A stretch of DNA of 64,000 nucleotides from Octopus sinensis (lineage: Eukaryota). The stretch covers positions 71,858,001 through 71,922,000 of the forward strand of contig NC_043003.1 in the NCBI RefSeq assembly GCF_006345805.1, written 5' to 3'. Under the pieces are notes generated by a model, which worked only from the letters and a program-made list of their open reading frames with translations, was not told where the DNA came from and did no database searches. A program made the translations under genes and the position numbers. Shown here piece by piece: positions 13,152 through 25,071 of the stretch; within the stretch, counting starts at the first letter, position 1, and the number at the start of each line of letters is the position of its first letter.

Positions 13152-13529
13152 AAAAATACTTTCTAATTGATGTATCAATACCAGCAGATGACAACGTGTC
13201 TCTAAAAGAAATGGAGAAACTTTCAAAATATAAAGACCTGGAAATAGAGGTAACTAGAATGTGGAATCTAAAAATAGAAACAATTCCTATCATAGTAGGT
13301 GCATTAGGCATGATAAAAAAATATTCAGACAAATACATAACAAAAACACCAGGACTTACAAACACATATAACATACAGAAAATTGCACTACTAGGCATTG
13401 CACACATCCAACGCAGAACACTTTCAATACAGTAACCATCAGAGCATCACAACAAATCACAGCACATACCCAAGGCACACAGAGCTGCGCTCGGTAGTGA
13501 AGTGAAAGCACGCTATAAAAATAAAACTA

Positions 13530-13606
<77 letters not shown>

Positions 13607-13628
13607 TAATAATAATAATAATAATAAT
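13152..13628 (+). mobile_element. 5'-truncated Dong/R4-like element, copy 1, with (AAT)n tail
   Basis: LIDVSIPADDNVSLKEMEKLSKYKDLEIEVTRMWNLK..PIIVGALG..LLGIAHI*; 3'UTR ends AAAACTACTG then (AAT)n; preceded by (AAC)n(AAT)n at ~13089-13150. Confidence 0.85.
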
Positions 13629-13999
13629 TCAAACAACGATGAATTAATGAAATATATGATAACACGCGCAAACATTACAGCAAAAGGTTTTGTCACACCC
13701 ACATTCTCCCTACATGCACACATACAAATCATTGAAGCAACACAAAACATATACACACACTTAAAAAGCCATTTTCCACAGGAAATTGGAGATTTTCGCC
13801 CAGAATATCACCATTCTTAGTGATTTGCTGCTGGAAACACTCCAAGCCAACGGAAGGGACGGGCAGTCCACCCCCTCCAAACAAAACAAAGTAAGTTTTC
13901 CCTTTCTTTTCTTCTCTTTTTCCGACAACATGGTCGTGTACAAAATCGGCAGCGTGAATGTACGTGGCCTGGGGTCGCCTTAGAAGCGGGGGTCACTTG
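13626..13999 (+). repeat. Left arm of ~374-bp inverted repeat (partner 14528-14902); Tx1/L1-like inter-ORF region and ORF2 start
   Basis: Reverse-complement identity with only two differences noticed; contains ATG GTC GTG TAC AAA ATC GGC AGC GTG AAT GTA CGT GGC CTG (MVVYKIGSVNVRGL; APE NVRGL motif). Confidence 0.9.
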
Positions 14000-14055
14000 A
14001 CTAGAAACTGACTAGAAGAAAACACTTCTCTCTCTATCCTTATTTTCATTTTCAG

Positions 14056-15420
14056 AAATAATAAATGATTTCTTTATTAACAACAAGGGTTTACTTGAAT
14101 TAAAACATTATGGACAGTACAAGACAAAACAATTAAATAATGTACGTGTACGTGTGTGCGTGTGTGTAATTGTGAGGGTTTTACGTGTAAACAAGGTTAA
14201 GATAATTAAAAAAGTGAGATCAACAATGTGTAATCCTCAATAGGAAGGAGACTTCGAGGGCTGCTCATAGAAAAACCCCATAAAAACCATGAGCGCCCTG
14301 ACTTTTGAGGCAGGTGCCTTTTATTGTTTCCGCTTTCTTTCCTCTTTCCAACTACAGGCGTATGCTCAGGGCAGGCCCGTTCACTCGTACCATTCTCGCA
14401 ATTTTCATCCACCTTTAAACAAACTGACTAGAAGAAAACACTTCTCTCTCTATCCTTATTTTCATTTTCAGCGATTGACCAAAGAGAAAAGTGTTTGTTT
14501 TCAGTCCCTTTCCCTGAGGTCGTTGAGCAAGTGACCCCCGCTTCTAAAGGCGACCCCAGGCCACGTACATTCACGCTGCCGATTTTGTACACGACCATGT
14601 TGTCGGAAAAAGAGAAGAAAAGAAAGGGAAAACTTACTTTGTTTTGTTTGGAGGGGGTGGACTGCCCGTCCCTTCCGTTGGCTTGGAGTGTTTCCAGCAG
14701 CAAATCACTAAGAATGGTGATATTCTGGGCGAAAATCTCCAATTTCCTGTGGAAAATGGCTTTTTAAGTGTGTGTATATGTTTTGTGTTGCTTCAATGAT
14801 TTGTATGTGTGCAGGTAGGGAGAATGTGGGTGTGACAAAACCTTTTGCTGTAATGTTTGCGCGTGTTATCATATATTTCATTAATTCATCGTTGTTTGAA
14901 TTTATTACAATGTAGTTCGTAATGATACTGACTTTATTTTGTGTTTGTTGTTATTGTGGTTGTGGTGGTTGTGATTGTTGTTGTTGCGTGTGTGGAATGG
15001 CTTGTGTTTTAGGTTGTTAGAGGTGGTGGTGTCGATGCAGTGTTTGTTTTTAGGCGTGTTGGTTTTTGTTGTTTTGATTTTTTTCCTGTCCACTTTTTGT
15101 GCGGATGAGGACTATTTTTGTTGTTTGTCCATATGTTTATTTTTCCTTCTGTCTCTTTTAGGTTTTTTTTTTTTTTTGCTTTTTATTTTTAACTGTTAGT
15201 TTCATCGCGGTCCGTCTCTCCAGCTGCGATTTTCACCAGCTGTGCATCGGGAAGTGGAACATCTTCAGGCGCTGAGAAGTGTTTGGGTGAACTCGATGTC
15301 GGTATGGTTGTTGGTGTTTGTGGTGCTATGCCTAAATCTGCTGATGGTGATGGTACTGCTGCTGCTGTCGCTGGAGTTCTGGTGGCCGTTGTTGGTGGCC
15401 GATTCTACCAGCTCTCCACC
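14056..15420 (-). mobile_element. Internally deleted Tx1/L1-like non-LTR element
   Basis: Minus strand: low-complexity ORF1-like tail, ORF2 start (NVRGL), junction near 14515 to ORF2 end (LKMKIRIERE..RWMKIARMVRVNG.., homologous to 63780-63940), 3'UTR with (CA) tract and AATAAA at ~14073-14078. Confidence 0.7.
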
Positions 15421-15444
15421 TTAACAACAACAACAATAACAACA

Positions 15445-15987
15445 AATGCCCTGGTGCAATATTAGGCAGTGGATTTCATGGCTTCTCGAATTAACTGATT
15501 GAAAGTGTTATCATGTACCTTCTTTTGTCTTGGTATAAAAGATGGGCTACAGAAAATATTCTGCTCAATACCACAGATTTGCTTGTCAGTTGTTTGACCA
15601 TAATCAGTTAAGCATGTCCCTTAGTGGCTGATGATATGTGCATCTCTGATCAAGAGCAGAAGTAGTTGGGGAGCATCAGAGCCATGTGTTGAGAGGAGTT
15701 CTTTGGGACTTGGATAATTCACCCCTGGAAACATGGGTGTTTTGTTCAACATCCTTAAACAAGGTTCTCATTTAGGGACCTTTTGAGCGGGATGGTTTAC
15801 TCGACCCGAAGAAAATTCTAATTAATTGATATAAGATCATCATGTCATGCACTTATGGTTGTGATGCATGTGCCTGGTGTACCCTTATCAGACGGGTAGT
15901 CATGATGAGTATAATGGGCTTCGTATATTTCACCCCAGTGTCACTTTGATGGTATGCACTGCACTCTCACTGAATAAAAATAATAAA

Positions 15988-16020
<33 letters not shown>

Positions 16021-16041
16021 AATGATAATAATAATAATAAT
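15445..16041 (+). mobile_element. ~530-bp non-coding interspersed element flanked by (AAC/AAT)n and (AAT)n
   Basis: Starts AATGCCCTGGTGC after (AAC)n, ends CTCTCACTG + (AAT)n at 15973-16041; partial copies at 52153-52425 and 3075-3104; no long ORF, no A/B box seen. Confidence 0.75.
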
Positions 16042-16165
16042 GGCACCGAATACTATTGGCCATTATTGGCCACTACTTAAAGCACTGATAAGATATTTCT
16101 TATTGTCTCTTTGAGAAGACAATTTATCTGACAATAGTAGTAGTAGCTGTAGTAGTAGTAGCAGT

Positions 16166-16203
<38 letters not shown>

Positions 16204-16329
16204 TAGTAGTAATAGTAGTAGTAGCAGCAGCAGCAGCTTCAGTATTAGATTATAGACACATACACACACATGCAAAATCACACACACACACACAGACAAA
16301 TATATATTCAATTAAAATAAATATATTTA

Positions 16330-18330
16330 TAAATTTATACTCACAGCATTCGTTCTCTCAGTGGAATTATCTCGCTCAAAGTGTCCAGATTTAGCCATTG
16401 GTAACCGAACTCAGAGGCATCATATTTGTTATATCGTCTGCGACTTGACATATCACGATTGGTAGTCGAGATAGTTCTGTGAAGTGAAAAGGGATTCGAT
16501 GCATTAGAATTGTTCACCAACAGGTTATAAAACTTTCTAGCCACTCTGTAGAAGAAGAATCTACAGTTTACTACTATAAGTGCACAGGAAAAGGCCCTCT
16601 TGACCTCGATGAGACCTATAACGGGAATTTTTATTCTCTGTGTAACACTTAGTTATCTCATCAATCTAACTAGAAAGTTTTCTTTTTATTAGGTTTGTTT
16701 AATTTGAGAACTAGAAGCAGCTGATACAGGCATTTAGCTGAATTATTCGTTACTTTGACATAAAATTGAATCTAGGGAGAATATTTATCAAAAGTAAAAT
16801 ATTTACTGAGACGGCTTTCACCTACATGCATGCACACACGCACACACAAATATGTGTACATACATACATACATACATACATACATACATACATACATACA
16901 TACATACATACATACATACATACATACAACAAAATATCCTAAAGCAAGCCTAATTCCTGGGCAAAAAATATGTGACTCTTGCAGGAAACCTTTGCCCACA
17001 TTTCAAATTGGACCATCATCAAAAGGTACGAGAGATGATATATCAACTACCACTGAAGTGACTGCATCATCAACAGATGTCTTCCTTGAAGAAAATGCAG
17101 AATTAGAGATCCTCAACAACGCTCTATCTGAAATTGGAGAATCTCCAATAAAAAAAAATTAAAAAAACAAACAAACAAAAAAAAAGATTCTACCATCATG
17201 TATGCTGAAAAAGAAAAAAAAATGTATGCTGATAAAGAAAAAAAATCAAAAATGCTTTTGCTCAAAAAATGCAAATAATTTCACCTTGACGGTAAATCGG
17301 TGAATCATCATCTTGAAAGTGAAATAATCAAACAGTTAACAGAAAAATTCACAAGAACAGAAGAAAGATCAGAAAAACTGCAAATTTTAATAATTCTGCC
17401 AAAAAGCTGGTCTCTGAGAAAAATACCAAAGGAATTCAATGTACCTGATGACATGGCTAGACAAGCTAAAATGTAGGTCAATGACCAAGGGATTTTATTA
17501 CGTCCTAGCCGTAGAAAAAGGACATTTTTTTCTATGTAAAAATGAAGTAAGCAGAGTTATTCCAGGAAAAAGGATTACAAATCAGTAAAAAAGATGGCAA
17601 AAGAGTCCATGAGCGAAAGTACCTCATAATTTGTAACCTAAAGGAAGCCTTCCTATTGTTTAAATAAAACATCTTGAAATCGAAATTAGTTTCTCAAAAT
17701 TTGCCGAACTAAGGCCAAAAGAATGCATATTTGAAGGTAGTACTGGTACACAATGTATGTGTATGCACCATTCATCAGAATGTCAAACTAATGCATTATG
17801 GCATGAAACTAGCTGATTTAACCAAGGATATGAAGTTTCACTTGATTGATTATAAACAATGTTTGGAATCAATTACTTGCAACTCAACAACAAACGACTA
17901 CTATATGGACAACTGTTTAAATTGTAATTCTTTTCTAGAAGAGCTTGAAAAATTCTGATATGAAATGTTTAATGTGAACATGATTGATGAAGTACAGTAA
18001 AAGCAATGGCTAACAACCGACTGGACAATCCTAGAAAATATAACAAAATCAACAGATGATTTTGTTGAAATTTTCTGACAAAAGTTGAAAGCACTTAAAG
18101 TACAAGATTTATTGCAAAGGAACTATCTAAATTTTGTACTTCAAGAAAATAATCTTTAAGTGAAGGAGAACCATGCACAAGACACTATTCATCCATTTGT
18201 CTGTTATTATAAACAAAGCAATAATGTGACAAAGCAATGATATACAGTCGGATATAATAACAATGTTGTTATTATATCCGACCATTTAGCATGCAAAGTT
18301 TGAAAGAAATCAATTTCGGTCACCTTTGCT
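16330..18330 (+). mobile_element. Degenerate DNA transposase relic, probably Sola2-like
   Basis: Frameshifted peptides EIIKQLTEKF..KLQILIILPKSWS, FSKFAELRPKEC..GTHNVCVCTIHQNVKLM, QWLTTD..STDDFVE, AQDTIHPFVCYYK; family assignment from recalled motif similarity only; interrupted by (TACA)n 16856-16927. Confidence 0.55.
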
Positions 18331-18480
18331 TTCGTACAGAATTATAGCATCTACACTTCCAACAATAGTAGTATCACAACACTACTACAGCAATTCCAAA
18401 ACAAAACCAATAATCTTTATCACAGTACGAATATTACAATCTTCTCTGTCATACAACACCACTATAAGGTTCATAATCAT

Positions 18481-18675
18481 GGTTTCGAATTTTGGCATAA
18501 GCCCAGCAACTTTGTGGGACGAGGTAAGTCTATTACATCAACCCCAGCACTCATCCGAAAGGATGAAAGGTAAAGTCGACCTCGGCGGAATTTGAACTCA
18601 GAACATGAAGACGGACGAAATGCCACTAAGTATTTTGCCCGGCGTGCAAATGATTCTACCAGCTTGCCGCCTTTA
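18481..18675 (-). mobile_element. tRNA-derived SINE family 2 (central domain resembling MetaSINE)
   Basis: Reverse complement AAGGCGGCAAGCTGGTAGAATC...GTTCTGAGTTCAAATTCCGCCGAGGTCGACTTTACCTTTCATCCTTTCGG; homologous to 23548-23745, 30665-30848, 32418-32640. Confidence 0.8.
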
Positions 18676-19049
18676 AGGTCCATAATCATAACGACTCGAC
18701 GACCATCTATTTTCATCACTACTGAACCCACCAATAACAACAACACCACCAGCATGACTGCCACTATAGTCAGTTCTACTACAGCAAAAATACCACTTGA
18801 GTGTACTTTTCTTAATAACCCCTTACCCCGACACAACCACTATCACCACAATCAGGCACCAATACGGCTACCGTCACCATCAACACCATTATCATTGTTA
18901 TTACTACCAAACCAGAAAAGTAAAATTGTTGCAGACAGAAAGTCTATAATATTTCCTGTTAGAAAGAACAGACAATAGCAGAAAATGACGAAACTTGAGG
19001 TGATATGCCAGGATGAGGAGAGTTGCATGCTCTTATACGTAGACACACA

Positions 19050-19389
<340 letters not shown>

Positions 19390-19589
19390 TGCAGAGTGGA
19401 AGCACACACAAAAAACTCCATAGATTTACTTCAACATATAAATTTAATTTGTGTCAAAATATTTTCGTCGCTTTGAAACTTCGCACAGCTTCTATATATG
19501 TACGTATATCGTAAGCTTTAACCCTTATCCGTGTGGTAGATCTGTAGCTAGTGACTAAGACTCTTCATCTTGATAGGCGCGAAGGTTGC

Positions 19590-20232
19590 CGGTAGCTGAA
19601 GTGGCTGTTCAGACCAAGGGTGGTACATATCGTAGGGAGAGTTGGTGGGAGGTGAAAAGCTGTGAGGTGCTCTTTGTGTCTTCGACGTCTAATATCTGCC
19701 CTTTGGCATCTGTTATTTCCCAACAGGTCTGTTCCCTAGACGATGACATGCTGCCACTTTTGGCGGTCCTTGCGATTATCCTTGCGGTATCTTTAATGTT
19801 AGGCAGTCTAGCATGGTGCAGAACCTCTTCATTGGTAGTGAAGCCCTTCCATTGAATTCCCATGATTGCGCGAGGTTTGTGCTGTTGGAAACGTTCGATT
19901 TTCTCCAGGTCTCGTCGATACAACACCCATGTCTCACAGTCGCAGAGGAGTGTGGAAAAGACGACAGCACGGAATACTATTTACGACTGGCCTGAAGCAA
20001 GGGTGCATCCTCGCTCCCACTCTGTTTTCCTTAAACCTTGGTGCCGTGAGCCATGAGATCTCTGATCAAGCTCCTGATGTAGACATTCACTGCTAAATGA
20101 ACAGAGGACATTTCAACACCACCTGCTTCAGTCCGTCAACTTTCCACCTTGGTTAGGGTGCGTGAGTTGCAGTACGCTGATGACAATACCACTCCCGCGC
20201 ACTCAGTTTCAGGTCTCCAGGAGACTGAACCT
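19590..20232. mobile_element. RTE-clade LINE fragment in two oppositely oriented parts
   Basis: Plus 19950-20232: GLKQGCILAPTLFSL and VRELQYADD (RT core). Minus 19600-19935: LYRRDLEKIERFQQ..IMGIQWKGFTTNEEVL (post-RT region typical of RTE). Confidence 0.8.
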
Positions 20233-20399
20233 TTTAAATAATTTGTATGTATGTATGTATTATGTATGTATGTATGTATGTATGTATTTATGTATGTATG
20301 TATGTATGTATGTATGCATGAACTCGACCTGCACAAATGATTTGTTTATAATGTTCGTGTTGCACATTAGATCTCGCTCTCTCCCTCTCTCTCTCCATC

Positions 20400-20545
20400 A
20401 AATTGCCGTTGTTTGAACAGTAGCACTGTGTATCACGTGTTAGGTGTTTGAAGTGATGGCAGAGCAACGCGAGGTGAAGCGTTTTGCTCAAGAACACAAC
20501 ACATCACGCCGACCAGGAATTGAAACCACGATCACTAGATCAGAG
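20400..20545 (-). mobile_element. Degenerate SINE head fragment
   Basis: GTGGTTTCAATTCCTGGTCGGCG..GTTGTGTTCTTGAGCAAAACGCTTCACCTCGCGTTGCTC resembles the head of 24701-25023. Confidence 0.55.
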
Positions 20546-20663
20546 CTCCTTCCGTGCCATAGACTCATAAGGTTTTCTGGATTCTGTGGTATGTGCATTC
20601 CTCCCTACAAAATCTGCATTCGAAGTAGCTTTTACTGGAATATATATATATGTGTGTGTGTGT

Positions 20664-20906
20664 GAAAGCACAATGGCCCAGTGGTTAGGACAGCGGACTT
20701 GCGGTCGGAGGATCGCGGTTTCGATTCCCAGTCCGGGCGTCGTATGTGTTTATTGAGCGAAAACACCTAAAGCTCTACGCGGCTCTGGCAGGGTGGTGGT
20801 GGCGACCCCTGTTGTACTCTTTCACCCCAACTTTCTCTCACTCTCTCTTCCTGTTTCTTGAGTAACGCTGCGATGGACTGGCGTCCCGTCCAGTAGGGGG
20901 GAACAC
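20664..20906 (+). mobile_element. tRNA-derived SINE family 3 with V-domain-like 3' motif
   Basis: A box TGGCCCAGTGG, B box GGTTTCGATTCC; ends CTGCGATGGACTGGCGTCCCGTCCAG; head shared with 42804 and 43935-44065. Confidence 0.75.
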
Positions 20907-20909
20907 TAT

Positions 20910-22740
20910 TCTTTTCAGAATAGTAGGCTTATCCAACCAGAGTATCTAAAATAATGTCTCATAAGAGAAGTGCTTGTGTCACTCAAAGAAACAAAAAAAT
21001 CTCGTGCAATTCCCAAACTATCCAATCATCCAAAGGAAGAAAAGTGTCCTTAATGCCAACTTCAGCCAGAGCATCTTTAGTGTCATCATCTACGTCTGAA
21101 GCAGAGACTGAAAATGAATATCAAGAGTCCTAAAAATCAGATGAAGAATCCACAGAAACAAGGATGAAGTATAGCACAGCTGGAACTGCAACCAAGTTAT
21201 CAACCCATTTATCTCAAGATGGAATCATGTCATGACTCCTTCCCAATCTGGTATTTACAGATTGACTATCAAAGAAGTTGTTAAACTAAAAAAGAAAATG
21301 ACGAAAATACTACATTTAGAAATCTGGTGATTGCATTTTGATGGTAAACGTATTGATGACCAAGAATACCATATTCTAAGTTTAAAGAATGAACAGTGAG
21401 AAGTAAGTTACAAGCACTCCAATTACCAAAGGGAAAAGCCGATACTGTTGTTAAAGGAATAACAGCTTTTTAGATGAATACAGTTTATGGCGCTGTGTAA
21501 AGATGATTGTTGCTGATATAACGAGTGTGAACACTAGGAAAAGAAATGGCATTGTCAAGCAGTTGCAAAGACTGTTTGCTCAGAAAGGGTTTCAAAGAAC
21601 TGCAATTTATTGGTTGTCAGCATCATATCCGTGATGGAGTTCTTCGTGTTGTAATGGATAACGAACTTGGAGAAAAAAAAGTCATCTCCTAATATTGAAT
21701 ATATATTCATCTCAGAGATTTTAAGTAATTACGAGAAACTCCAGGCTATTTCATTTGACCAGAGCTTTTCATTTCTTTGAAGAAACCGGCAAATTTCCTA
21801 CTGTAAAATTTCATAAAATACCCAACTTAAGCAATGCAAGATGAACTTCTCTTTTGGCATTTATTCTTCTACCAGAGAAAAAAGTTTTGCTTCTCAATGT
21901 TTGTCGATTTATCTCTTACAGCTGGGCAGATTTTTGGTTTATTGACCAAATGTTCAATGCACATGATTATCAGAAGTTATGTGGCAGCCTGTAACTTTAT
22001 GAAAAAGCATTGAACTTTGTAAAAAAACTTTTGAGGTCGAGAACCATCAAAACTGTAAATTCGCAGAACAAATCAGAGTGCAGAACGTGCAATCAAGTGC
22101 CTTCAAGATCTTTATGATGTTTGTAAAGAGAAGGAGAAACTTCAGCTTCAATTTGTTTTATCTAACAAAACATATTAATTCTTTGTTATGTTTAAAAATG
22201 TTCTAACATTCAGCAGCCTTTTTTAATACAGCTATTTAAAATTGGAATTAAACCTACAAAGTTAAAAATATGTATTGTTTTTAATTTTGTATGTTATCGA
22301 ATGCTTGTGATGGCCTCTGTTTTAAAATAGCCAAGTTTTGAACCTTTGTATAGAGCAATTTCAAATCAGTAATCTTTAAAATGTGTAAATACACTTTTAT
22401 TCCACATCTCTATTACGTTTATAAGGATTTAGGCAGCGGAAATACTGAAGTGTGAATCTAGTGCCATTTAGTGACTATAGTTTGAAAAACCCATAGCTCC
22501 GAAACTACCCCAACTAGAAAGCTGAAATTTCAGATATACTTTTTCTGCATTGCATTGAGTCGGCATACCAAGTTTGGTAAAAACTTAAGCAGGCGTTATG
22601 AACCCCTCTAGAATTTTGAATGATTTGGGTCAAAAGTGGCGATCGATTTCTTAAGTTAGTGATGACGTTTTTTTCTTTCAAATAAAGCAAAATAAATGTT
22701 AGTTTCCTGACTTTCATGAATTTATTCATCGAATAGGGTT
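20910..22740 (+). mobile_element. Degenerate DDE DNA transposon, superfamily unresolved
   Basis: LHFDGKR..VADITSVNT.KRNG..GCQHH (C(2)H motif)..SPNIEY, with stops and frameshifts at ~21150-22160; AT-rich subterminal-like region to ~22740. Confidence 0.65.
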
Positions 22741-22789
22741 ATTAGGTTGTGAAAAAGTCATAACCCTAATATATATATATACACAACAG

Positions 22790-22940
22790 GCTACCCTCAG
22801 TTCCCGCCTATTAAATCCACTCTCAAGGATTTGGTCGGCTCGAAGCTATAATAGAAGACACTTGCCCGAGGGGCTACGCAGTAGGACTGAACTCTGGACC
22901 ATGAGGTTGAGAACCAAATTTCTTGCCACACAGTCGCATA
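22790..22940 (-). mobile_element. SINE family 1 head, degenerate
   Basis: Reverse complement CTGTGTGGCAAG..GTTCAGTCCTACTGCGTAGCC..GGGCAAGTGTCTTCTATTATAGC..CCTTGAGAGTGGATTT. Confidence 0.7.
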
Positions 22941-23175
22941 TGTATGCATGCATGTATGTATGCGCGTGCGCGTGTGTGTGTGTTTTCGGTCCTAGTTTGA
23001 TTTTCTGTAGTGGATAGTGTTTGCCTACAGTCAGATCTAGTGCGTTGTCATAACTGTTAACTATTCTTAGAGTGAAATAAATTTAGATGACAGACAGCCT
23101 TATTGTGTATGTATATATGTAAATACATTCGTTCTAAGCTAATGCTGTATGAAAATGAGTGCGGAAGTGGGGAGA

Positions 23176-23221
23176 CTCCTTACGGACCGTTTCACCGTTT
23201 GTTGACATGGTCTTCAGAAAA
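23176..23221 (-). ncRNA. Possible degenerate type I hammerhead ribozyme relic
   Basis: Minus: TTTT-CTGAAG-ACCAT..ACGGT-GAA-ACGGTCCGT-A-AGGAG; one core A missing, weak stem I. Confidence 0.35.
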
Positions 23222-23547
23222 TGCACTCAGCTTTCTTTCCTAATGAACAGCATAAGTTAACTGCTATATTAACCAGTCATTAATTAGGCTAGCGCAATGG
23301 TACATAGCTTAATTAGCATATTTGCGTTTATCTCTTTTATGCATTCCATGTCATATATCAGAAGAACTGAAATAAATTTCAAATCATTTTAGTTCTGATT
23401 TATGTCATGTTGTGCTGTGTGCTTTCAGTCTCTTCTATCTACTTTTGTAAGTAAAATAAAGAGTATGGTTTACTGTGGAGGTGTAATAAGACCAAAACAT
23501 ATCCTGAATGTTTATAAAAATAGTCATTGAGCTAATATTGGTTTCAA

Positions 23548-23745
23548 ATTTCGGCACAAGGTCAGCAAATCTGGGGGAGGTGATAAATCAATTACAACGA
23601 CTCCAGTGTTCAACTGGTACTCATTTTACTGCTCCCGAAAGAATGAAAGGAAAAGTTGACCTCAGCGGAATTTGAACTCAGAACGTACAGACAGACGAAA
23701 GCATTTTGGCCGGCGTACTAACGGTTCTGCCTGCTCGCCGCCTTC
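23548..23745 (-). mobile_element. SINE family 2 copy
   Basis: GAAAGGAAAAGTTGACCTCAGCGGAATTTGAACTCAGAAC...CTCGCCGCCTT. Confidence 0.8.
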
Positions 23746-24234
23746 GCCATTGGGCTAATATGCTTCACTACATAAGTTTTTCAAATTAGATGGTTGATGC
23801 TTCCTGCGTTAAACATGTTACTACTAATTGAACATAGAGAACTGTCTACATTAATGATCTAGGCATGAATTGACTCATAGCGCTGTGAGTTTCATAGTGA
23901 TTAACAAAAGTGTGAGGGGAAGGAAGAAGAGGAAAAGGTGGTGGGAGAAGAGAGGATGGAGGGAAATAAATAGATGAGACGGTAGAAACGGAAGGAATTT
24001 GTCAAGTAGTTTTGTACCAATTCACAGACAAAAATATTTATCTTATCAGCAGGATGTTATACTAACCGACAAACAAATCAACAGATCAACGAACCAACTA
24101 GCCAACTGTTAACAGTGCATGCGAAAAGTCAAGAGCCAAACCTTCGCATGAGTTAGTACATCTGATCTGAGGTTTCGTTTGATCAATTGTTTACTTCTCT
24201 CTCTTTCTCCATCTCCTTTCTCAACATACATACA

Positions 24235-24270
<36 letters not shown>

Positions 24271-24662
24271 TATGTACGTATGTACATGGTGCGGTGAATA
24301 AACTGTCGTCTAAATTACGCAAGAATGAAAATAACACTGACGTATCATTTTAACAGATATTTTTTAAATTCTTTTACTTGTTTCAATCATTTAACTGCGG
24401 TCATGCTGGAGCACCGCCTGTAGTGCCCAACTGACCCTACTATACTGTGTAGTCGACAAAATCAAAAAACAAACAATGCACATGTGCGTAAAATGGCGAC
24501 AATTTACCAATCCCATATAATGAAAAGATTTTATAAACGTACAAGGTGAATTTTCCCGAAAAAACGTAAACATCAAATAGATATTATCCTTTCATTATCT
24601 ATATGCTGGAATTCATCAGTATCTGCATCACATGTATGTATGTATGTATGTATGTATGCATG

Positions 24663-24697
<35 letters not shown>

Positions 24698-24700
24698 AAA

Positions 24701-25020
24701 GGGTAAAGACCCCCTTCGGTCATGAATGACCATGGGATTGCACCTAGAAAGTTACCCTCCTAGACACAAGTCCGGGCAAGGATGTTTATGGAAGGCCAGC
24801 AGTCGCCCATGCATACCGGCCTCCCCTCTCCACGCCACCAGTGTTATCCAAGGGAAAGACAAAGGTCGATACAGCTTGGCACCTGTGACGTCGCTGAGTG
24901 AACTGGAGCAACGTGAAATAAAGTGCCTTGCTCGAGAACACAACACGCAGCCCGGTCCGGGATTCGAGCTCACAACCTCTCGATCGTAAGCTCGACGCTC
25001 TAACCACTGAGCCATGCGCC

Positions 25021-25023
<3 letters not shown>
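24701..25023 (-). mobile_element. tRNA-derived SINE family 4
   Basis: Head GAAGGCGCATGGCTCAGTGGTTAGAGCG..GCTCGAATCCCGG; 3' half shared with 43090-43277. Confidence 0.85.

Positions 25024-25069
<46 letters not shown>

Positions 25070-25071
<2 letters not shown>

Noticed and set aside
18592-18978. 128-aa Thr/Pro-rich plus-strand ORF
   Set aside because: Starts inside an antisense SINE and continues through (ACC/ACT)-rich low-complexity DNA
20664-20740. tRNA genes at the tRNA-like heads (also 24950-25023, 42804-42880, 43990-44065)
   Set aside because: They continue into SINE bodies, are multicopy and diverged, and I could not fold a full cloverleaf
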